Source of the DNA: Polyangiales bacterium
Lineage (GTDB): Bacteria; Myxococcota_A; Polyangia; Polyangiales; Polyangiaceae
Direction of reading: 5' to 3'
DNA length: 64,000 bases
Assembly: GCA_038230375.1 (NCBI GenBank)
Contig: JBBRNJ010000018.1
Coordinates: forward strand, 54,601 to 118,600
Positions 8,761 through 18,072 of the stretch are shown one piece after another (position 1 is the stretch's first letter; the number at the start of each line of letters is the position of its first letter). The translations under genes were made by a program, and so were the position numbers. The notes under the pieces are model-generated. The model was given only the letters and a program-made list of their open reading frames with translations. It was not told the origin of the DNA and did no database searches.

Positions 8761-9489
8761 CTATCCACGGATCCGGATGGCGTACGTCAGCTTCACGACG
8801 TTCTTCAGGACGTTCGGGACGCGCTTGAAAAGGTTGATGGAAGGCGGTCGCTTCTCGACGACGCGCACGGGGATCTCGCGCATCTTGATGCCGCCGCGAT
8901 CCGCGCGGATCACGAACTCGCTCGCGAAGACGTCCTTGTCGACCAGGCACGCACGCACGATGTCCAGCAGCGCAACGCGTCGGAATGCCTTCAGGCCGTG
9001 CGTGTCCGTCCCGCGGAAGCCGAGCATGATGCGGAGGATCGAGGAGTAGCCCATGCTCGCCAGGTGGCGGAACATGGGGCGGTCGTCGCTTGCGCCCTCC
9101 ACGAGCTTGGAGCCGATGACCATGTCCGCGGCGCCGGACTCGAGGATCTCGATCGCGCGGCGATGGAAGTCAGCGTCGCAGAGATCGATCTCGTCGCAGA
9201 TGACCATCTCGCCGCGGGCAAGCAGGATGCCCTGCTTCATGGCCTTGCCGTAGTTCGGCTCGCCCATGGAGATGATCTTCACCTGGCCGTTCGCGGGGTC
9301 GTTGTACTTCTGCGAGAGCTCCTCGCCGATCTCCACGGTGCGATCCTTCGAGCCGTTCTCGGCGAGGATGATCTCGTAGTTCCATCCGAGCGGCGCAAGG
9401 CGCTCGCGCAGGTCCACGACCGATGCGTGCAGGATCCCCTCTTCGTTGTAGACGGGGATGACGATGGATATGCGCGGGTCCGAGCTCAC
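8761..9489 (-). CDS. Glycosyltransferase family 2 (DPM/DPG synthase-like)
   Basis: SIVIPVYNEE, ENGSKDRT, NYGKA, DTHGLKAFR. Confidence 0.9.
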   Translation of the reverse strand: MSSDPRISIVIPVYNEEGILHASVVDLRERLAPLGWNYEIILAENGSKDRTVEIGEELSQKYNDPANGQVKIISMGEPNYGKAMKQGILLARGEMVICDEIDLCDADFHRRAIEILESGAADMVIGSKLVEGASDDRPMFRHLASMGYSSILRIMLGFRGTDTHGLKAFRRVALLDIVRACLVDKDVFASEFVIRADRGGIKMREIPVRVVEKRPPSINLFKRVPNVLKNVVKLTYAIRIRG

Positions 9490-9561
9490 GGCTAGCCGCT
9501 TTTATCCCCGTCTTTCCGAAACCTCCAGCCATATTTCAGGACGGATGCTAAGAGGCGGGCC

Positions 9562-10674
9562 ATGCGAACGCGCACCACGCTCGTTGTTCTCTCCCTGGCT
9601 CTCGCCGCGTGCAACAGTGACCCGTCTTCCGGCAAGAAGACCGAGGGCCCCAAGGTCAAGGAGGCGATCCCCGACAACATGGTCGTGAACGACTTCTTCC
9701 CGGAGAAGGGTGGCAAGGCGCGGCCCATCGTGGACGCCTCCATCGGGGAAGGCGGCATCGGCGGCATCGCCGCGGCCACGGGAGACGCCGGTGGCGCGGA
9801 CGACGGGGACGACAATGCCGTCGTGGAGCGCAAGATCACCATGATCGAGGCAGGCGCGGAGCCGCGCTCGCAGAAGCGCTACGCGTTCAAGACGCAGAGC
9901 GAAGCGCGCAAGGTCACGATGGCCGTGAAGAGCCTGCGCGAGGGCCAGGGCCAGAAGCAGGAAGACGCCCAGCCGCTCACCACCGTCAACATGCTCTTCA
10001 CGCTCAAGGGCCAGAACGCCGGCGCGTTCCAGTATGACGCGCTCATCAAGAACGTGGATCTGGATCTCCCGGCGAACGCGGACAAGCGGCAGGTCGCGCA
10101 GGCAAAGCAGGCGCTCGAGGCGCTGAAGGGCATCAAGGCGCAGATCAGCGTCACGGCGCGCGGCAGCATCGGTGAGGCCAAGTTCGAGTCGGACAAGCTC
10201 CCGCGCGGCGCCGCCGAGCAGATCATGCCGCTCTTCTCGCAGGTGTTCGAGTTCATCGTGGCGCCGCTGCCCGAAGAGGCGATCGGCGTGGGCGCGAAGT
10301 GGCAGGAGATCACGGACGGCGCGGACCGCGGCATTCGCTCGAAGGTGACGGCGACGTACACCCTGAAGGAGTGGAACGCCGAGGGCGGCGTGATCGACGC
10401 CGAGGTGAAGCGCTCCGCCCCACGTCAAACGGTCCAGGATCCGCGCATGCCGGGCGCGAGCATCCGCCTCGAGGGCAAGGGCACCTACCACTTCGAGGTG
10501 AAGACGAACGGGCTCGTCCAGAGGGCGAGCGGCGAGAACAACACGGTCCTCAACATCGAAGCGCCCGGACCGTCCGGAAAGCTGGAGCCGGCGCTCACCG
10601 AGACGACCTCCGTGAAGCACACCGTCGAGATGCCGACACCTGCAGCTGCTCCCGCGCCCGCGCCGGGCCATTGA
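9562..10674 (+). CDS. Hypothetical lipoprotein (beta-rich, DUF6263-like)
   Basis: Lipobox LAAC; 'GAEPR..RY' and 'PLPEEAIGVGAKW' motifs. Confidence 0.75.
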   Translation: MRTRTTLVVLSLALAACNSDPSSGKKTEGPKVKEAIPDNMVVNDFFPEKGGKARPIVDASIGEGGIGGIAAATGDAGGADDGDDNAVVERKITMIEAGAEPRSQKRYAFKTQSEARKVTMAVKSLREGQGQKQEDAQPLTTVNMLFTLKGQNAGAFQYDALIKNVDLDLPANADKRQVAQAKQALEALKGIKAQISVTARGSIGEAKFESDKLPRGAAEQIMPLFSQVFEFIVAPLPEEAIGVGAKWQEITDGADRGIRSKVTATYTLKEWNAEGGVIDAEVKRSAPRQTVQDPRMPGASIRLEGKGTYHFEVKTNGLVQRASGENNTVLNIEAPGPSGKLEPALTETTSVKHTVEMPTPAAAPAPAPGH

Positions 10675-10789
10675 GCTGACACTGCCGTCTAACGCCATGG
10701 ACCTGTCAGCCATCGGGCCTCTGACCATTGACGGCGCGTCAGGGTTGGGCAAGAACGAACTCCTCACAGCGTAGCGAAGGAGTCGGCTC

Positions 10790-11347
10790 ATGGCGGAAGG
10801 CTTGAACAAGGTGTTGCTTCTCGGGAACCTCGGCGCCGATCCGGAGCTGAAGGTCACGGCGGGAGGTCAGGCGATCCTGAAGCTTCGCCTGGCAACGACC
10901 GAGTCGTACCTCGACAAGAGCAACACACGCCAGGAGCGCACCGAGTGGCACTCCATCACCGTGTGGGGCAAGCGCGGCGAGGCGCTCTCGCGCATCCTCG
11001 CAAAGGGCTCCTCCATCTTCGTGGAGGGTGGAATTCGCACCTCGAGCTACGAGAAGGACGGCGAGAAGCGCTATCGCACGGAGATCGTCGCCAACAACAT
11101 CATCCTCGCAGGCCGCGGTCGCGGAGCGGGCGCGGGTGCGGGCGGCGGTGACTTCGAAGAGGGTGGCGGTGGCGGTGGCGGACGTCCCAGCGGCGGTGGC
11201 GGCGGCGGACGTCCCAGCGGCGGCGGCGGACGTCCCAGCGGCGGTGGCGGTGGCAACAGCGATCGCGCACCTGCCTCCGAAGCTCCCCCCCCGGCCGACG
11301 ACTTTGGCTACGGCTCAGGCGGCGGCGACGACGAAATTCCTTTTTGA
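10790..11347 (+). CDS. ssb: Single-stranded DNA-binding protein
   Basis: LNKVLLLGNLGADPE, TEWH, Gly-rich linker, acidic tip DDEIPF. Confidence 0.97.
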   Translation: MAEGLNKVLLLGNLGADPELKVTAGGQAILKLRLATTESYLDKSNTRQERTEWHSITVWGKRGEALSRILAKGSSIFVEGGIRTSSYEKDGEKRYRTEIVANNIILAGRGRGAGAGAGGGDFEEGGGGGGGRPSGGGGGGRPSGGGGRPSGGGGGNSDRAPASEAPPPADDFGYGSGGGDDEIPF

Positions 11348-11375
11348 ACGGGCGGACTCGGTGCGTCGTCCAGAT

Positions 11376-11414
11376 CGTCGTCGAGGTCTCGGTCGAGGTC
11401 GCGGTCGTCGTCGA
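11376..11414. repeat. Degenerate GTCGAG/GTC repeat directly downstream of the stop of the minus-strand gene
   Basis: tcgtcgtcgaggtctcggtcgaggtcgcggtcgtcgtcga. Confidence 0.75.
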
Positions 11415-12761
11415 CTACTTTGTCGTCACGCCGTCGTTGTCCAGGCCTGTGACGGCTTCGGTTGGCATCAGGCCTAACCAGGCGTCGCTTCTTGGCGTCA
11501 TGAAGACCTTCGCGTAGACCCACTCGTTGAGTGGCGCAAACGCCACGTTCTTCTGCACGCTCAGGTGATTGTGGATCGCTCCGTGGAACGCATACTCGTT
11601 GCGCGCACTCTCCTCGGCCAGGCGCTGCTCGAAACGCGCGAGGTGCTTCTCGATCGCCACGTCGGACAGCGGGGCTGCGTCTGGCGTGTCGAAGTCGCGC
11701 GGCTGCTTCGACTTTGCGAACGCGCGGCTGACCGGATCGAGCTTGTCCTTGGGCAGATGTTTCGCGATCGGGTCCCAGCCGTCCCAGGGCGAGTATGCGT
11801 GGAGCTCTGGCTGCATCAGCGCAAGCGGTGGCGCCTCGGTGTCGGCCTTGGAGACGGTGAGCTGATTGACCAACGCCGCCGGCATGCTGCTCCACAGCGC
11901 GTCGGGCCACTTCGTGTAACCAACGAAGCTCGGGAGGCGCGCCTCCTTGAGCTGCTCACCGTAGCCGTCGCCGTAGGACAAAAGGAGCAGCTTTCGCCAC
12001 CGCGCCGTGAGCTTCCACACCATCTGCTCGTGGTGCTTCGAGATGAGCTTCTGCGACTCATCGTCCGTGAGCGCAGCGCTCTTCTTCGCAAGTTCAAGGC
12101 TCTCCCGGAGTCCGTTCTCGAAGGCCGTGGGACCGTAGAGGCCGGGCAGCGCGTCGACGATGCGGCCCTCGGAATCGAGCACGTAGTGGATGCTGTTGCC
12201 GGTGATGGTGCGCGTGATCTTCCTGCCGTCGCCGAAGTCGATGCTGATCTCGGGCACGGGCCGCTCGCTCTGCCAGTGCAGCACGTACGTGTCGCGGAGG
12301 AAGGCCGACACGCGCGGGTTCGCATAGAGCACGATCCGGAAGAGGCGGCTGTTCGCGCACGAGAGCTCCTTGTCGAGCTGGCCGAGCAGTCGGAGCGAGA
12401 GGATCGGACGCCCACTACGCTTCGCCTCGGCCTTCGCCTCCGCGAGGTCCGTGTACCAGAAGAGGCGCGACGTGTAGGCGTCACGCTGCATCGCGACGTG
12501 GTCGATCTCGTTGCGCAGTCGGGCGATCTCCGCGGCGTCCGCGTTTGCCGCCACCAGCCGATCATGCTCTGCAAGCAGCCTCTCGAGCCGCGCCGGGCTG
12601 CGAGGTTCCACGGGGGCTGCGGCAGCCATTCCGTTCGCCGCGAGCTCGGGCGCCGCAGACTGGAGTGTCGCGGGTGTCAGTGTGGTCGTGTCGGTCGCCT
12701 CCGGGTCGGGACCGCAGGCCATGAGGGCAAAGGCGAGGCTGAGTACTGCAAGCTTTCGCAT
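11415..12761 (-). CDS. Lipoprotein with thioredoxin-like domain resembling selenoprotein N
   Basis: Start MRKLAVLSLAFALMAC (lipobox); 'WYTDLAEAKAEAKRSGRPILSLRLLGQLDKELSCANSR...YVLHW'. Confidence 0.7.
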   Translation of the reverse strand: MRKLAVLSLAFALMACGPDPEATDTTTLTPATLQSAAPELAANGMAAAAPVEPRSPARLERLLAEHDRLVAANADAAEIARLRNEIDHVAMQRDAYTSRLFWYTDLAEAKAEAKRSGRPILSLRLLGQLDKELSCANSRLFRIVLYANPRVSAFLRDTYVLHWQSERPVPEISIDFGDGRKITRTITGNSIHYVLDSEGRIVDALPGLYGPTAFENGLRESLELAKKSAALTDDESQKLISKHHEQMVWKLTARWRKLLLLSYGDGYGEQLKEARLPSFVGYTKWPDALWSSMPAALVNQLTVSKADTEAPPLALMQPELHAYSPWDGWDPIAKHLPKDKLDPVSRAFAKSKQPRDFDTPDAAPLSDVAIEKHLARFEQRLAEESARNEYAFHGAIHNHLSVQKNVAFAPLNEWVYAKVFMTPRSDAWLGLMPTEAVTGLDNDGVTTK

Positions 12762-12847
12762 GTCAGATCGAACGCCCATCGACCGAAACACAATCCGTCG
12801 AGGTCGAGGTGTTTTGGCCCTGATCTTGCTGATTTTTGGCCGAGGCC

Positions 12848-12876
12848 TTGAAATGCCCTCTTCCAAGGACTAGGTT
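12848..12876 (+). promoter_or_regulatory. Sigma70-type promoter of rpmE
   Basis: TTGAAA-N17-TAGGTT. Confidence 0.65.
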
Positions 12877-12918
12877 GCGCCTCCCTCTCCTATCTTCGGA
12901 GAGGAACTGGAGCGAGTC

Positions 12919-13188
12919 ATGAAAGAAGGAATTCACCCCGAGTACCCCGCCGCTGCCGTCTCGTGCGCGTGCGGCAACAGCTTCGTCACCCGCTCCACGC
13001 GCGGTGATTTCCAGGTCGACGTCTGCGGGGCCTGCCACCCGTTCTACACGGGAACCCAGAAGCTCATCGACGCCGCGGGTCGCGTTGACAAGTTCCGCAA
13101 GCGCTACGCCGGCAACGCCGCCAAGGATGCCGCCAAGGCAGCCGCCGCGACCGAGGCCGCCGCCGCCGCGACCGAGCTGAAGGCCTGA
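12919..13188 (+). CDS. rpmE: 50S ribosomal protein L31 (Zn-binding type) with Ala/Lys-rich tail
   Basis: [33 protein letters not shown]. Confidence 0.97.
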   Translation: MKEGIHPEYPAAAVSCACGNSFVTRSTRGDFQVDVCGACHPFYTGTQKLIDAAGRVDKFRKRYAGNAAKDAAKAAAATEAAAAATELKA

Positions 13189-13228
13189 GCAAAGCCGCTT
13201 CTGGCTTTCGCCGCGTGCATCCGTACTT

Positions 13229-13280
13229 GAAGGAGCCTGCGAGTCGCCCACGTGCGATTCCGCAGGCTCGCCTTCGTTTG
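13229..13280 (+). terminator. Long GC hairpin downstream of rpmE (terminator or processing stem)
   Basis: gaagg-agcctgcg-agtcgc / gcgatt-cgcaggct-ccttc followed by gtttg. Confidence 0.5.
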
Positions 13281-13309
13281 GTCCCAAAAGGTCTTATACT
13301 GAAAAGGCG

Positions 13310-14599
13310 ATGAGCGAAGACAAGGCCAGCCCGTACCGTGAGCCCGCCGCGAAGGCGCCCCAGAAGCCGTACATCGGTGGGCAGGCGTTGCTCGAAGGCG
13401 TGATGATGCGCTCACCGGCATCGCTTGCCATGGTCGTGCGCCGTCGTGACGGTTCGCTGCATGTTCGCGAGCGGCCCGTGAAGGACTATCGCCGTGGGAT
13501 CGCCAAGGTGCCGCTCATTCGCGGCGTCGGCTCGTTCGTGGAGTCGCTTCGCATCGGTCACGAGGCGCTCCGCTTCTCGGCCGAACAGCTCGAGAAGGAC
13601 ATGGAGGCGACCGAGCGGGAGAACGCAGCAAAGCCTGGCGCCAAGGCCGACGCGGACGCGAAGGAGAAGACTTCGTCCGGGACCGCCGGCAAGATTGCGC
13701 AAGACGCGGCGAGCAAGGTGAAGAGCGCAGCGCAGACGCTGGTGACCTTGATCGGAAGCCTGGCAAGCCATGCAGCCACGTTTGGCGCAACGTTCAACTT
13801 TGGTCTCACCTCGCTGTTGACGAGCGCAGACTCCGACACGGGCGGGCCCAGCTCCGGTTCGGCCCCCCGTGAGAAGAAGTCCGGCGGCATGGGCTTCGTG
13901 CTCGTGATCATGGTGCTCTTCATCTGGGCGCTCCCGCAGCTTGCGGCGGCGCTCGCGAAGCGCGCGTTCCACCTGGAGGCGAACGTGCAGTCGCCCGCCT
14001 TCCAGGCCATCACGGGCGCCTTCAAGCTCACCATCGTGATCGGCTACATGCTGCTGATTCGCCGCACGGAGATGGTGCGGCGCATGTTCCAGTACCACGG
14101 CGCCGAGCACAAGACGATCACCTGCTACGAGGCCGAGGAGGCGCTCACGGTCGAGAACGCGCGCACGAAGACCACGCTCCATCCGCGCTGCGGCACGACG
14201 TTCCTCGTCATGGTGGCTCTCGTCTCGGTGATCGTGTTCACCGGTCTCGGCGCGGTGCTCCCCAAGATCGACACCGGCAGCGAAGTGAAGAACAACATCA
14301 TCTTCTTCTTCGTGAAGCTCCCGTTCATCCCCGTGATCGCGGGCCTCACGTTCGAGATCCAGCGCCTGTTCGCGCGCTACTGCACGGTAGGTCCGCTGCG
14401 TGTGCTGCTCTGGCCGGGCTTCCTGGTCCAGAAGATCACCACCATCGAGCCCGACGACGAGCAGCTGGAGGTGGCGCTTGCGTCCCTGCGCGCCACGCTC
14501 TTCCGCGAGAACGGTGAGCACTCCGGATCCAGCAGCGACGTGCGCTTCCCCACGTACGAGTCCATCGTCAAGGCCCCGCGTCTCCGCAAGGCCGCGTGA
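13310..14599 (+). CDS. DUF1385 family membrane protein (putative metal-dependent)
   Basis: IGGQALLEGVMMR, FQYHGAEHK, HPRCGTTF, QKITTIEPDDEQLEVA; usual rpmE-DUF1385-prfA context. Confidence 0.92.
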   Translation: MSEDKASPYREPAAKAPQKPYIGGQALLEGVMMRSPASLAMVVRRRDGSLHVRERPVKDYRRGIAKVPLIRGVGSFVESLRIGHEALRFSAEQLEKDMEATERENAAKPGAKADADAKEKTSSGTAGKIAQDAASKVKSAAQTLVTLIGSLASHAATFGATFNFGLTSLLTSADSDTGGPSSGSAPREKKSGGMGFVLVIMVLFIWALPQLAAALAKRAFHLEANVQSPAFQAITGAFKLTIVIGYMLLIRRTEMVRRMFQYHGAEHKTITCYEAEEALTVENARTKTTLHPRCGTTFLVMVALVSVIVFTGLGAVLPKIDTGSEVKNNIIFFFVKLPFIPVIAGLTFEIQRLFARYCTVGPLRVLLWPGFLVQKITTIEPDDEQLEVALASLRATLFRENGEHSGSSSDVRFPTYESIVKAPRLRKAA

Positions 14600-14616
14600 G
14601 TAGCTGAGGAGCAAGC

Positions 14617-15735
14617 GTGCTACCGATCGACAAGCTGGAGCAGCTCGCGCGGCGATACGGCGACCTCGACGAGCTCATGTGCAAGCCCGACGTGCTCGCG
14701 AACTCCAGGGAGCTGCAGAAGCTGAACAAGGAGCGCACCGATCTGGAGCCGCTCGTCCAGAGCTTTGCGCGCTATCTCAACGTGGAGAAGAAGCTCACGG
14801 AGGGCGCCGCCGCGCTGTCCGATCCGGAGCTGCGCGAGCTCGCGGAGATGGAGATCGCGGAGCTCGGCCCCGAGAAGGCAAACCTGGAGCGCGAGATCGA
14901 GCTCTTGCTCTTGCCCAAGGATCCCAACGACGCGAAGAACACCATCCTGGAGATCCGCAGCGGTGAAGGCGGCGAAGAGGCCGCGCTGTTCGCGGCAGAC
15001 CTCTACCGCATGTACGCGCGCTACGCAGAGACGAAGAGCTGGAAGCTCGAGGTGCTCTCCATGTCCGACGCCGCAGCCGGCGGCTACAAGGAGGTGATCG
15101 CGCTCGTCACCGGCAAGGACGTCTATTCGCACCTGCGGTTCGAGGGCGGCGTTCACCGCGTGCAGCGCGTCCCCAAGACGGAGACGCAGGGCCGCATCCA
15201 CACGTCCACCGCCACCGTCGCCGTGCTGCCCGAGGCAGAAGATGTGGACGTCCACATCGACGACAAGGATCTCGAGATCTCCATTGCGGCCAGCGGCGGC
15301 CCGGGCGGCCAGGGCGTCAACACCACGAACAGCGCCGTGCAGATCCTCCACAAGCCCAGCGGCCTCATCGTCAAGTGTCAGGACGAGCGCTCGCAGCTGA
15401 AGAACAAGGCGAAGGCGCTCAAGGTGTTGAAGAGCAGGCTCCTCGACATCGAGCGCGAGAAGCAGGACGCCGCGGTGTCGGCCGAGCGTCGCGGCATGGT
15501 CGGCACTGGCGAACGCAGCCAGAAGATCCGTACGTACAACTATGCGCAGAACCGGGTGAGCGACCACCGTATCCGGCTCACGTTGAACAAGCTCGATCGC
15601 GTGATCGAGGGGGACCTCGAGGAGCTCATCGCCGCGCTCCGCATGCATCGGCAGGCCGCGCTCCTCGAGTCCACGCTCGGCATCAAGCGCGACGTCGCGC
15701 AGGCAGGGATGGGCGCGGAGGACGCGGACGCGTGA
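14617..15735 (+). CDS. prfA: Peptide chain release factor 1
   Basis: GGQ motif, PKT (PxT) stop-recognition motif, IRTYNY. Confidence 0.97.
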   Translation: MLPIDKLEQLARRYGDLDELMCKPDVLANSRELQKLNKERTDLEPLVQSFARYLNVEKKLTEGAAALSDPELRELAEMEIAELGPEKANLEREIELLLLPKDPNDAKNTILEIRSGEGGEEAALFAADLYRMYARYAETKSWKLEVLSMSDAAAGGYKEVIALVTGKDVYSHLRFEGGVHRVQRVPKTETQGRIHTSTATVAVLPEAEDVDVHIDDKDLEISIAASGGPGGQGVNTTNSAVQILHKPSGLIVKCQDERSQLKNKAKALKVLKSRLLDIEREKQDAAVSAERRGMVGTGERSQKIRTYNYAQNRVSDHRIRLTLNKLDRVIEGDLEELIAALRMHRQAALLESTLGIKRDVAQAGMGAEDADA

Positions 15736-16136
15736 GCGGTCGCGAGAGCACCACGCCGGACGCGGAGGCGCTCATGCTCGCAATGGCTGTGGCCCCCACC
15801 GCCTACTCCCGCAACAAGATGTTCGCGCTCTTCGCGGATCCACGGGTCATGCGGGCGCGCTCACGGGCGCGGCTCGTGCGTGGGCTTGCGACAGACCTGG
15901 CTCGTGCACCGGACGCACGGGTGTCGCGGCAGAAGGTGGGCGCCGACCGCGTTGCGCTCACCGTTCGCATCGAAAGCATGCAATATACACGTAACGTGGA
16001 GCTCTCCCTTGCGGAGGTGTCCGCGCTCTCGTTCCTGTGCGATCGCCAGAAGACGCGCGCGCTCCCATGCGAGCAAGAGGACCGCGCGCTGGTGGAAAGC
16101 GTGCTCTCCCGCCTGGCCGCCGGCCTGATTTCTTAG
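15732..16136 (+). CDS. Hypothetical protein translationally coupled to prfA
   Basis: GTGA overlap with the prfA stop; 'YSRNKMFALFADP'. Confidence 0.7.
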   Translation: MSGRESTTPDAEALMLAMAVAPTAYSRNKMFALFADPRVMRARSRARLVRGLATDLARAPDARVSRQKVGADRVALTVRIESMQYTRNVELSLAEVSALSFLCDRQKTRALPCEQEDRALVESVLSRLAAGLIS

Positions 16137-17083
16137 TGCGCCACGAGGGTGCGGCGGTATTCCGTGGGGCTCATGCCCATGTAGCGCTTGAATACCTTGG
16201 CTAGCGCGTCCTCGTCCGAGTAGCCGACGTGCTCGGCGACCTGGGTCGTGCTGAGGGCGTTGTTCTTGCGCAAGAGGTCCGCGGCCACGAGCGAGCGCCA
16301 CCGAGCCACGTACTTCGCGGGCGGCTCACCCACCAGCTTCGAGAATGTGTCGAAGAACCGCGTACGCGACATGCCGACGCGGGTGGCCAGCTCCGCGGCG
16401 GTCCAGTCAGCGGATGGCTCGGTGTGCACGAGCGCGAGCGCCTTGCCGATGCGAGGGTCCCGCGCGGCCGCGAACAGGCCCGAAGGTCTCTCGTCCTCAC
16501 CAGGTCCGGATGCGCGCGCGTCTGCCGCGGCGTCCGTCAGCGCATTCACGAAGAGCGAGTCGGCCAGGCTCACGATCTCGCTTCCAGGCTCGCTCCCCGC
16601 CAGCCCCTCTGCGATGAGCGATATTGTCGCCGACGACCAGCGGCGTCGCGCATCAGAGCGCGCCCGTCCGACGAGCACCGGGGGCAGTAGCTCGACGACG
16701 GAGGCGTGCGCGGGGTGATCGAGTCGGAACGTGCCGCATACAAGGCGCGTCTCGTCGCCGCTCTTCCCCATCTCGAAGATCGGGGTCGCGCCGTCGCGTC
16801 GCATCGGCACGTCGGTCACGCGGATGACGCTCGCGTCCTTGCCGCTCACCATCCGGTGCTCGCAGCCGCGGGTGAAGATCACCACGTCGCCTTCGTGGAG
16901 CTCGATGAGCTCCTTGTCTGCCTCGCGCGCAACGAAGCACGAGCCCGCGGACACGCCGTGGAAGATCATCTTCCCGGTGCTGGAGCCGCCGATCACGCCC
17001 CACCGACCCCGAAAATGGGAGCGCGAGAGAAAGGCGCTCACAAGGCGGAGAGAACGGAGCACCGTGTTGAATCCTTCATCCAC
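16133..17083 (-). CDS. AraC family regulator with Cupin_6 sensor domain (RclR-like)
   Basis: 'FHGVSAGSC', 'RLVCGTF', 'DPRIGKAL...WTAAELA..GMSRTRF', 'VGYSDEDALAKVFKRYMGMSP'. Confidence 0.92.
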   Translation of the reverse strand: MDEGFNTVLRSLRLVSAFLSRSHFRGRWGVIGGSSTGKMIFHGVSAGSCFVAREADKELIELHEGDVVIFTRGCEHRMVSGKDASVIRVTDVPMRRDGATPIFEMGKSGDETRLVCGTFRLDHPAHASVVELLPPVLVGRARSDARRRWSSATISLIAEGLAGSEPGSEIVSLADSLFVNALTDAAADARASGPGEDERPSGLFAAARDPRIGKALALVHTEPSADWTAAELATRVGMSRTRFFDTFSKLVGEPPAKYVARWRSLVAADLLRKNNALSTTQVAEHVGYSDEDALAKVFKRYMGMSPTEYRRTLVAH

Positions 17084-17123
17084 GCCACGATGATAGCCCA
17101 CGAAACCCGCGGGGGAACGCGGT

Positions 17124-17151
17124 CGGGACGATCGAACGGATCAGCGGGACG
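17124..17151. promoter_or_regulatory. Putative AraC operator: CGGGACG direct repeats 21 nt apart
   Basis: CGGGACG at 17124 and 17145 in the divergent intergenic region. Confidence 0.55.
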
Positions 17152-17208
17152 GCCAGGGGCTTTCGACGGGCCCTTCGCGAGTCAGGGTGTGCAGTGGAGG
17201 TTCTGCAC

Positions 17209-18054
17209 ATGAACAATCGCTCTTTCGTCACTGTCTTCGCCCTTCTCGCCGCTGGCTGCTCCTCGTCCTCGTCGGGGACACCGGTCGGCACCACGGATAC
17301 GGATGCGGGGCACGTTGCTGCCGACTCGGGCACGTCCAATGAGCCGGGCAGCGATGCCGGCAACACGGGCACCGTGGATGCGTCCGACGCGGGAACGCAC
17401 GTCCCCGTTCCCTCCGCAGTCCTGATCGTGGGCACGCTGGCCGATGCGGACCTGACCGTTGCGCAGGGGAAGCACGACCCGGTCGCCAAGGGCGGCGAGG
17501 GGACGTCGAAGATGCTCGGCGACGTGGCGCACACCGTGATGCTGGGCACGGCGCTCCTTGGCACGCAGCAGAACCAGTTCGTCGCGTTCGATCGCTGGAG
17601 CGACGGCACCAACATTGACGCTTTCTACGGGAGCAAGGACTTCCAGAACGCGCTCGGGCCGCTGTTCTCGGCGCCGCCAAAGACCAACGTGTTCGTCGCG
17701 CAGCCCGGCTGGTCCTCGTACGGCACGCCGGACTCCGCGAATGCCGCGGACCCGCACTACTGGGTGCTCGTGCGCGGCAAGATGAAGTCCGCCGACCCGA
17801 AGGTGAACCAGGCAACGCACGATGGGATCGCGTCGCAGGCCGCGCCGCAAGCGAAGGCAGCGGGCGACGTTGCGCACGTCGTCTACACCGGGCGCGACGA
17901 CGTCCAGCAGTTCCTTGCGGTGGACGTGTGGCCGGACTCCACGAACATCGAGGCCTTCTACGGCAACCCCAACGTGCAGATGGCGTTCGGCCAGCTCTTC
18001 GACGGCGCTCCTACGATCGCCGTCTACTCCTCGACGCACTGGTACCAGTGGTGA
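17209..18054 (+). CDS. Lipoprotein with two tandem ABM-like (dimeric alpha-beta barrel) domains
   Basis: Lipobox AAGC; internal duplication 'HD...GDVAH...QF.A.D.W.D.TNI.AFYG...LF..P'. Confidence 0.75.
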   Translation: MNNRSFVTVFALLAAGCSSSSSGTPVGTTDTDAGHVAADSGTSNEPGSDAGNTGTVDASDAGTHVPVPSAVLIVGTLADADLTVAQGKHDPVAKGGEGTSKMLGDVAHTVMLGTALLGTQQNQFVAFDRWSDGTNIDAFYGSKDFQNALGPLFSAPPKTNVFVAQPGWSSYGTPDSANAADPHYWVLVRGKMKSADPKVNQATHDGIASQAAPQAKAAGDVAHVVYTGRDDVQQFLAVDVWPDSTNIEAFYGNPNVQMAFGQLFDGAPTIAVYSSTHWYQW

Positions 18055-18072
18055 ACCGGCACCAGCGGTGAG

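Noticed and set aside
11161..11253. GGC-rich tandem repeats in ssb
   Set aside because: Ordinary Gly-rich SSB linker (GGGGRPS x3)
11415..12761. Selenocysteine recoding in the SelN-like gene
   Set aside because: No in-frame TGA; the Sec-equivalent position is Ala
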